Shown one piece after another: positions 9,351 through 16,107 of a stretch of 64,000 bases of DNA (position 1 is its first letter; each line of letters begins with the position of its first letter). Position numbers and translations under genes: made by a program. The DNA is from an uncultured Gammaproteobacteria bacterium. GTDB lineage: Bacteria > Patescibacteriota > Patescibacteriia > VMEV01 > CAYQCH01. Where the stretch lies: NCBI GenBank assembly GCA_964503955.1, contig CAZDCG010000002.1:141047-205046 (forward strand), written 5' to 3'. The notes below the pieces were generated by a model, which was given only the letters and a program-made list of their open reading frames with translations, was not told the DNA's origin and did not search any database.

Positions 9351-9806
9351 ATGGCTGAGCAGGAGAGAGGCGGCCTCAGCCGCCGTTCTGTTCTTCGGGT
9401 TCTGTTCTCGCTGCCCTTCGTTCTCTCGCTCAGCCAGCTCTTCGCCGGCTGCGGCGGAGGCGGCGGCGGCGGGGGTGGTGCTCCTCCGTCGTCTCCTCCG
9501 CCCTCGGGCGGAGGCGGTGGCGGCGGGAACGGAGGCGGTGGTGGCGGCGGAACCGTCCAGACCACGACCGTTGGGGCCGCCACCCGCGCGCAGGGTGCTG
9601 TGATGGCGGATCCGACTTGGCAGGGCGCCTTCGGTGGCGACCTCTTCACCTCCGTTCAGGCGGGGGGCGGCCAGGTCAGCGGTGATCTGAACTATGGTCC
9701 GTTCCAGACGCCGGCAGCGGATCAGGCAACCATCAACAAGAGCAGCACGGTCACCTGGACCGTGGCCGGCACGGGATCTGGTAGTCCCGTGAGCTTTCAG
9801 GCCTAG
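9351..9806 (+). CDS. Gly/Pro-rich putative Tat-signal lipoprotein
   Basis: SRRSVL twin-arginine, hydrophobic stretch, lipobox-like FAGC, then poly-Gly/Pro; very GC-rich; SD-like AAAGGA. Confidence 0.55.
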   Translation: MAEQERGGLSRRSVLRVLFSLPFVLSLSQLFAGCGGGGGGGGGAPPSSPPPSGGGGGGGNGGGGGGGTVQTTTVGAATRAQGAVMADPTWQGAFGGDLFTSVQAGGGQVSGDLNYGPFQTPAADQATINKSSTVTWTVAGTGSGSPVSFQA

Positions 9807-9817
9807 AGGAGGGCATC

Positions 9818-10339
9818 ATGTACGCGTGCAAGCATCTGGATGCCTCCCGCGGAGGCAGTCTTGTCGACGATCCGTGCGAGCCCAAGCTGCTCTCCTGCGT
9901 GGGCTGCTGTGCAAGCCTGAGCCGCGAGGAGACGGCGTTCAACCCGGACGCGGATGACATCAACCGCGTCCTGGGTGTCAGCCCGGGCTGGAGCCTGGGC
10001 GACGTGATCACGCCGGCCTGGTGCGAGCAGCACCCTGAGCTTGGCATCATGCCCGGACTCAGCCAGACCGGCATCCCCACGATCTTTCAGGACGGTCAGG
10101 CGGTCGGTTCCATCTACATCGTGCGCTGGACCCACGACGGTCCCACCCTCGTTTTCCCGGGCGCTTCGCGCAGCTGGACAAAGTACGTCATCCACCCGGA
10201 CGACCTCTACGTCCTGCTCGGGCACAAGATCGAGCCGCTGATGTTCCAGAGGGCCGGGACGCTCTGGGACTTCATGACCCGTTCGCTGCAGGGCGGCAAG
10301 CTGGACCTCACGGTCCGCAGCGCGCTGCGTCTGCAGTAG
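9818..10339 (+). CDS. Hypothetical protein, Cys-rich N-terminus
   Basis: 173-aa ORF with SD GAGGAGG and strong GC3 bias. Confidence 0.6.
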   Translation: MYACKHLDASRGGSLVDDPCEPKLLSCVGCCASLSREETAFNPDADDINRVLGVSPGWSLGDVITPAWCEQHPELGIMPGLSQTGIPTIFQDGQAVGSIYIVRWTHDGPTLVFPGASRSWTKYVIHPDDLYVLLGHKIEPLMFQRAGTLWDFMTRSLQGGKLDLTVRSALRLQ

Positions 10340-10473
10340 TTCCTTGAACAGGCAAGGGGAGCGCTTCCTTCGCGGAAGCCTCCCCAAGCCTCATCCCTAC
10401 GGTTCGCCGCAAAAGGTTGAATAACGAAAGATGTCCACGAATGGATGTCTGCCGTTTCTTAATCTTTGCGCCT

Positions 10474-12366
10474 ATGAAAAAGATCATCGCTTTGTTCACG
10501 GGAATCGCGGTTTTTGCTGTTGCGATTTCTGCAACCATCGCGCAAACAAATACACAGACGATCAGCTACCTTGAGGGAACGGATCAGTCAAGCCCTTGGA
10601 CATTGATGGCGCTGCGCAGCGCCGGACGCATCCCAAGCGCTTCTTCTATCAACGTGAACACCTCAGACGCGCTTGAAACCGCCAAAACCATTCTGGCGGT
10701 TACGGCGGCAAATCAGGATCCGTCCAATTTCCGCGGTTATAATCTGATCAGTTTGCTCGACAGTCATCGCCGCAATAATCAGATCGGCAACCCTTCGCTC
10801 CTCAATGACGATTTCTGGGGCATTATCGCCTACTATGCGGCTGGTATTTCCGCGTCAGACAGCCGCATCCAGGATGCAAAGAATTTCATTATCAATAATC
10901 AGGCCTCAGGAGGAGGGTGGAGCTATGCGCCCGGCCAGGCCGTTGATAGCAATGATACGGCCATCGCGCTTATCGCTTTGATGCGCGCGGGCGTTTCTCC
11001 TGCGGATACGGCCGTGCAAAACGGGCTCAATTTCTTGCGCAATTCCCAGAACAATGACGGAGGTTTTGCCATCAATCCAGGATTTGAATCAGACGGAGCT
11101 TCTACGGCTTGGACAATCAGCGCTCTGCAGGCAACTGGAATCAATCCGTCAAGCTGGCAGAAAAACGGCAATCAGCCTTTTACATTCCTTGAAAGCTTGC
11201 GGGCCGCCAATGGTTCCTATAAATGGAAAGCGCATGAAGTGACCGGCCAGCCGGCAATTACTTCCTATGCTGTGATCGCGATCAATGGGACAAGCTATCC
11301 TGTCGCGCGTTCATTTGCCTCAAATCCGCAGCCGCAAAACCCTCAGCCGCAGCAGCCGTTGCCAACAAACGGCACACCGGTATCGGTCAGCTTCCGTTTT
11401 GAAGGAAGTTTGGGGCAGTTCTGCCAGGGAACAACCAGCGCGGCTACTCCGCTTGACGTGATCAGACAGGCATCAAGCCTCTGTAATTTCACCTATGAGC
11501 TGCAAAATACAGGCATGGGCGTATATGTTAAACGCGTCGGCTTTGACAGCGCGAGCGGCGTGAACGGCTGGCTGTATCTCATCAATAACCGCCAGCCAAG
11601 TCTTGGCGCTTCACAGTATCAGCTGCGATCAGGTGATGACGTGACCTGGTATTTCGGTGAATTCGACTGGCAGCCGCTGCGCCTGATCAGCATGAATCAG
11701 ACGGAAACAAGTTCAGGCAAGCGCGTGCAGTTGCGCGTGGAAGCGTATAATGGCAGCAATTGGTATCCTGTCAGTCAGGCGACCATCCTCTCTGATCGTA
11801 TCCGCATCAATACGAATACGAACGGGGAAGTGGCATTCGATCTTGGCTCTGGAACGCATAACCTGTACGCGACCAAGCTTGATTACCTGCGCAGTCCGAA
11901 ATTGCAGATTTATGTTGCAGGATCAGCAAGCCAGCCGCCAACCTATCAGGACACAGCCAATCGCCATGTCCCGTTACGCGCGGACGTGAGCCAACCGTAT
12001 TACTACAATCCGCCCGTCTACAATCAGCCTCCAAGCGCGCCGGCAATTTCCTTTGATCTGAAAGTCAGCGGAGCAGAACAGGACCGCATCATCTTTGGCA
12101 ACGTGGCTCCCGGATCTTCAGTAACGAGGGATGTCTACTTAAGAAATACCAGCACCCGCCGTTTGGATTTCTCCGCGACTGTTCAGGGCGACCAGATTTT
12201 TACCGATCATATCCTTATCGATGGCTATAAGTGGTCTTCTTTCTGGCAGCCGGTCTTCCCTGGAAATTCCGTTGATGTATCTGTTGAACTGCGCGTGCCA
12301 AAAACCTATGCCGGAAGCGGTACCAAAACAGGGGAATTGATCTTCTGGGCGAAGGCAGCGAGATAA
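10474..12366 (+). CDS. Secreted prenyltransferase/squalene-oxidase-repeat (alpha-barrel) protein with DUF4430 domain; putative cobalamin-binding
   Basis: Signal peptide; repeats QASGGGWSY, QNNDGGFA, DSNDTA; DUF4430 motif GVYVKRVG...GWLYLINN.....GASQYQLRSGDDVTWYF. Confidence 0.8.
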   Translation: MKKIIALFTGIAVFAVAISATIAQTNTQTISYLEGTDQSSPWTLMALRSAGRIPSASSINVNTSDALETAKTILAVTAANQDPSNFRGYNLISLLDSHRRNNQIGNPSLLNDDFWGIIAYYAAGISASDSRIQDAKNFIINNQASGGGWSYAPGQAVDSNDTAIALIALMRAGVSPADTAVQNGLNFLRNSQNNDGGFAINPGFESDGASTAWTISALQATGINPSSWQKNGNQPFTFLESLRAANGSYKWKAHEVTGQPAITSYAVIAINGTSYPVARSFASNPQPQNPQPQQPLPTNGTPVSVSFRFEGSLGQFCQGTTSAATPLDVIRQASSLCNFTYELQNTGMGVYVKRVGFDSASGVNGWLYLINNRQPSLGASQYQLRSGDDVTWYFGEFDWQPLRLISMNQTETSSGKRVQLRVEAYNGSNWYPVSQATILSDRIRINTNTNGEVAFDLGSGTHNLYATKLDYLRSPKLQIYVAGSASQPPTYQDTANRHVPLRADVSQPYYYNPPVYNQPPSAPAISFDLKVSGAEQDRIIFGNVAPGSSVTRDVYLRNTSTRRLDFSATVQGDQIFTDHILIDGYKWSSFWQPVFPGNSVDVSVELRVPKTYAGSGTKTGELIFWAKAAR

Positions 12367-12374
12367 ATAACAGA

Positions 12375-12472
12375 CGTTGCCAAATGTTTGCAAATGCGCC
12401 AAACGTTCCCAAACTGACTTGAACAAGGTCTGATAACAATTGGCAATATCTGGCTCGTTTGGCGCGTTTCCT
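12375..12472. repeat. Inverted arrays of degenerate 9-mer (CCAAA[T/C]GNN)
   Basis: GCCAAATGTTTGCAAATGCGCCAAACGTTCCCAAA facing TTGGCAATATCTGGCTCGTTTGGCGCGTTT. Confidence 0.65.
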
Positions 12473-12481
12473 ATCACAACT

Positions 12482-13474
12482 ATGTTTAAATATCTCATCA
12501 TCTTCATCCTCGTTCTTGCGTCTTTGTTTCCTTCCATGGGACAGGCCGCTGCCATCGGTGTGCATCCTGAAGCATTTGCCGTGCATCAGCAGGCAGACGA
12601 ACGGCTTGAGCTGAGTTTTGTCGTCTACAATACCGGCGAAGAACCGGCCATCTATACCGTTTCCGCGGATGACTATGAGCGGCTGCTGGCCTTTGACCTG
12701 CGTCGTTTCCGTCTTGAACCGGGGGAGCATCGTACGCTTCGTCTTACCACGGGGCCATTTCCTCCAGGAGAGTTTACTACCTTTCTTTCGGTGATGGCCC
12801 AGGACGTCGAAAACCGCGATACGGCAAAGACCGGAGTGAAAGTGCCTGTTCATGTGACTTCACAGGGAGCCAGGGAAGGATTTTTCCAGATTGAAGCGCT
12901 GGTTGTTTCTCTGATCTTTCTAGCCTTATTCCTGCTGATCGGTTCATTCTGGGTGCAAAAGCGGCTTTCTCCCGCGGCGCGTTTGGCAGACGCGGCGGAA
13001 GAAACGCTCTTATCGCATTCGTCATATTCCTGGTTTAAGCATTACCGCAAGCGCCATGTGCTGATTCTTGTCAGCTTCATCGCGATCACGCTTGCGCTCT
13101 TCCTCCTGGTACTTAGCTATGCGATTCCGTATTCATCAACCTTATTGTCGCATCGATCAGAACAGGAAGCAGCCCAGGTGCTGGTGGAAATCCGCACGCC
13201 GGATCAAACGTACGTGGCAAATGCCAAATCGGACCAGCCGCTTAGCGCCTTTACCGCCTTGCAGCAGGTCGCGCAGGAAACCGGAATCGCGCTTCGCTAT
13301 GATCCGCCAAATGAATTCGGTGTTCTTGTCACAGAAGTTGCCGGTTATAAAAACGGACAGGACGGCAAATACTGGGTGTATGAACGAAACGGCAAAAAGG
13401 TGCCTGTGGCCGCTGATAAACAGCAGCTTGAAACAGGCGATCTGCTTCTCTGGAAATTCGTCGTGCCGGAATAA
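12482..13474 (+). CDS. Membrane protein with C-terminal DUF4430 (transcobalamin-like) domain
   Basis: Signal peptide, Ig-like N-domain, two TM helices, GVLVTEVAG.KNG.DGKYWVYERNGK..PVAADK..L..GD.LLWKF. Confidence 0.8.
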   Translation: MFKYLIIFILVLASLFPSMGQAAAIGVHPEAFAVHQQADERLELSFVVYNTGEEPAIYTVSADDYERLLAFDLRRFRLEPGEHRTLRLTTGPFPPGEFTTFLSVMAQDVENRDTAKTGVKVPVHVTSQGAREGFFQIEALVVSLIFLALFLLIGSFWVQKRLSPAARLADAAEETLLSHSSYSWFKHYRKRHVLILVSFIAITLALFLLVLSYAIPYSSTLLSHRSEQEAAQVLVEIRTPDQTYVANAKSDQPLSAFTALQQVAQETGIALRYDPPNEFGVLVTEVAGYKNGQDGKYWVYERNGKKVPVAADKQQLETGDLLLWKFVVPE

Positions 13475-13516
13475 AGGCAAGGTTTGCTATAATGTCTCCT
13501 TAACATGGAGAGCCCA

Positions 13517-13585
13517 TTACCCGTTAACTCATCAACCCGTTAACTCATTAACCCATCAACTCGTTAACACGTTAACCCGTAAACA
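13517..13585. repeat. Degenerate 8-mer tandem array (GTTAACNC)
   Basis: CCGTTAACTCATCAACCCGTTAACTCATTAACCCATCAACTCGTTAACACGTTAACCCGTAAAC. Confidence 0.75.
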
Positions 13586-13591
13586 ACGTTT

Positions 13592-14140
13592 ATGCAGAAC
13601 CGTCTTCCCTTCCTCTTTGCAACGCTCTTTTTCTTCGCGGCCGCGTTTTTATCGCGTTTCGCCGATATTTCACCAAACTTCACGGCTGTTGGAGCGGTCG
13701 CGCTCTTGTCCGGATACTATTTCGCGCGCTCAAAGTACGCTTTTCTGATGCCGCTTGGCATTATGCTGGTGAGCGATCTGATTCTTGGTTTTTATCACTG
13801 GCAGGTGATGGTTGCTGTTTATGCGTCGTTTCTTGTGTACTGGGGAGCGGGGCGCGTTGCGCGTGCTTCAGGCGAACGACTCGCTTTGTTACCCGCCGTG
13901 CTTTTTGGCTCGTTAGCGCACTTTATTATTACAAACTTCGCGGTCTGGGCGTTTACAGGCATGTATGAACCAACAACTGCTGGACTTCTGCAGTCATATC
14001 TGCTTGCGATCCCATTCTATAAATGGGCGCTCTTTGGCGACATGGTTTACTTATCTGTGATCTGTGCTATAGTGGAAGCAACGAGATTTGCGCTCATTAG
14101 CAAGCGCTCTCGTTTTTCTTTTCTGCTTGCTAACTCTTAA
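13592..14140 (+). CDS. DUF6580-family putative transport protein (ECF S-component-like)
   Basis: About 6 TM; PNFTAVGAVALLSG, SDLILGFY, HFIITNFAVW, Y..AIPFY...LFGD. Confidence 0.75.
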   Translation: MQNRLPFLFATLFFFAAAFLSRFADISPNFTAVGAVALLSGYYFARSKYAFLMPLGIMLVSDLILGFYHWQVMVAVYASFLVYWGAGRVARASGERLALLPAVLFGSLAHFIITNFAVWAFTGMYEPTTAGLLQSYLLAIPFYKWALFGDMVYLSVICAIVEATRFALISKRSRFSFLLANS

Positions 14141-14152
14141 TCCATAGAACCT

Positions 14153-14323
14153 ATGGAAGAGCAAATGATGGGAACATGTGTCGCTTGCGGCATGGAAAAT
14201 GTTGCCTTAAATGAAGAAGGAAAATGCGCAAATTGCGCAGCAACTTCTCAGGAAATGCCTGACCAGGGCGCTGCCGAACAAACACCGGCAGAAGGCGGTT
14301 CAGAAGAACAGCCTCAAGCGTAA
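14153..14323 (+). CDS. Small acidic CxxC...CxxC protein (56 aa, below the ORF-track cutoff)
   Basis: MEEQMMGTCVACGMENVALNEEGKCANCAATSQEMPDQGAAEQTPAEGGSEEQPQA; TATG start; terminator directly after. Confidence 0.65.
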   Translation: MEEQMMGTCVACGMENVALNEEGKCANCAATSQEMPDQGAAEQTPAEGGSEEQPQA

Positions 14324-14342
14324 CCCGCGCAAACAGACAGAT

Positions 14343-14372
14343 AGAGCCTCGGAATTGTTCCGAGGCTCTTTT
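14343..14372 (+). terminator. Intrinsic terminator
   Basis: AGAGCCTCGGAA-TTG-TTCCGAGGCTCT followed by TTT. Confidence 0.75.
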
Positions 14373-14384
14373 GTAGGAAATACT

Positions 14385-14636
14385 ATGAAAGCATTATTTC
14401 ACACGTCCGGCTACTATCGCGTGAAAGTCATTCCAAATCAGCCGCAAGCGGAATTTCGCGGAACTATGGGTGACGGCACGATAAAAATCGCTCTTACCGA
14501 GGCGCCGGAGAAGGGGAAAGCGAATAAAGAACTGATTGCGTTTCTGGCTGATCAGCTTGGAATTCGTAAAGAATCGATCACAATCTCAAGCGGTCTGACG
14601 AGCAGGATCAAGATTCTTTCCGTATCTTTGGAGTAA
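14385..14636 (+). CDS. DUF167 (YggU/UPF0235) family protein
   Basis: VKVIPN...IKIAL.EAPEKGKANKELIAFLA..LGI....I.I.SG.TSR.K. Confidence 0.85.
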   Translation: MKALFHTSGYYRVKVIPNQPQAEFRGTMGDGTIKIALTEAPEKGKANKELIAFLADQLGIRKESITISSGLTSRIKILSVSLE

Positions 14637-14985
14637 GGAGTGTTCTTTTTTGACTGCACTTTGCTATTGAAGCCGATGCACCCGGGGTCCGGGGCGATCG
14701 TTCTTCTGAGAACGAGTCGAACGGTAGGTGCTCGCAAGAAGGAGTCGATCGCCCCGGCGGTTTAGGCGCCACCCTTTGCCGACAAAGGGTGGCAGAGAAT
14801 ACTGATCACAACAAAGAGGTTGAATGCAGTTACTTCTGCCACTTTTGATCACCCAAAAGTGGCGCAAAAGGCGCTGGGGGCAACACCTTGATTTGCTGTT
14901 CTGCTGTCCAAGAAGAGGAGCTGTTCAAGGTTATCCACTAGAAAAAAATGATGATTTGTGGTTAAATTACTTTGTATCACTATCT

Positions 14986-15336
14986 ATGTTTGAAGTGCCC
15001 GATGATAAAATCAACAGGGCTGAAGTATTGAAATGGGGAGTTTTTGCCGGCTTCCTTGAAGGCTTGTTCATTGCAACTGCGGCCATCATCTACTTCAAGC
15101 AGCCTTGGCATGTATTGGCAGGTACCTGGGAATTAGGCGCCAGTATGCTGCTTATGGCGCTTGTGGTGCTTGGCGGAATCATTACAACCGTGGTTGTGTT
15201 TGCTCATCCGATCTATTGCCTGATCCGACGCCACTTCAAAGATGCGTTCCTAACGGTGCTTGTTTCAATCTTAACGATCTCAGCGATGACGGCCTTTGTG
15301 TTCTGGTCATCACCATGGCTGATGAATACGTACTGA
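14986..15336 (+). CDS. Hypothetical membrane protein
   Basis: Three hydrophobic segments; abuts the SPFH gene. Confidence 0.65.
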   Translation: MFEVPDDKINRAEVLKWGVFAGFLEGLFIATAAIIYFKQPWHVLAGTWELGASMLLMALVVLGGIITTVVVFAHPIYCLIRRHFKDAFLTVLVSILTISAMTAFVFWSSPWLMNTY

Positions 15337-15337
15337 T

Positions 15338-16084
15338 ATGTGGGTTATCGCAATCGTGGTTCTGATTATTCTGCTGATCAGCATTCGCCAGGTCAATCAG
15401 TATGAGCGTGGCGTGAAATTCCGCCTGGGAAGATATGTTGGAACCAAAAACCCGGGGTGGAGAATTGTTCTGCCAATTATCGAATCGATGATGAAGGTTG
15501 ATATGCGCGTCAAAGCTGTTGACGTTCCGGAGCAAAAATCGATCACAAAGGATAATGTTTCCGTGCTGGTTAATGCCGTGATCTACTATCGTGTTGGCGA
15601 CGCGGCGAAAGCTGTTATCGAAGTAGAGAATTTCTTTCATGCCGTCTCCCAGCTTGCGCAAACAACCATGCGCAATCTCGTGGGCGAAGTAACCCTGGAT
15701 CAGCTCTTAAGCGAGCGGGATCAGATTTCTCAGCGCATCAAGGAAATTGTTGATAAAGATACCGATCCTTGGGGCATTGTGGTTCAGAGCGTGGATCTAA
15801 AAGACATCATTCTTTCTACGGAAATGGAACGTACCATGGCAAAACAGGCCGAAGCTGAACGCGAGCGGCGCGCGGTTATCATTAAGGCTGAAGGGGAAGT
15901 GGCGGCAGCTGAGAATATGTCCAAAGCCGCAAACATGCTGGCCAGCGCGGACGGGGCGTTGCATTTGCGAACGCTTCAGTCGATCAATGACCTTAGCTCC
16001 GATCAATCAAATACCGTTATTTTTGCGGTTCCGCTTGAGATTCTAAGAGCATTTGAATCCTTCAATAAAAAGAATCAGCCATAG
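15338..16084 (+). CDS. SPFH/stomatin (slipin) family protein
   Basis: YERGVKFRLG, ITKDNVSV.VNAV.YYRV, LAQTTMRN, QAEAERERRA, LRTLQ. Confidence 0.92.
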   Translation: MWVIAIVVLIILLISIRQVNQYERGVKFRLGRYVGTKNPGWRIVLPIIESMMKVDMRVKAVDVPEQKSITKDNVSVLVNAVIYYRVGDAAKAVIEVENFFHAVSQLAQTTMRNLVGEVTLDQLLSERDQISQRIKEIVDKDTDPWGIVVQSVDLKDIILSTEMERTMAKQAEAERERRAVIIKAEGEVAAAENMSKAANMLASADGALHLRTLQSINDLSSDQSNTVIFAVPLEILRAFESFNKKNQP

Positions 16085-16107
16085 CCGACTGATCGAGGGA
16101 AGAGGAT

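Noticed and set aside
9080-9649. Minus-strand poly-proline ORF
   Set aside because: It is the antisense shadow of the Gly-rich lipoprotein and overlaps the riboswitch.
13517-13585. Tandem arrays as a CRISPR array
   Set aside because: Units are 7-9 bp, degenerate and without unique spacers; there are no cas genes in the window.
14931-14939. DnaA box / oriC
   Set aside because: A single mismatched box (TTATCCACT) with no cluster or AT-rich unwinding element.
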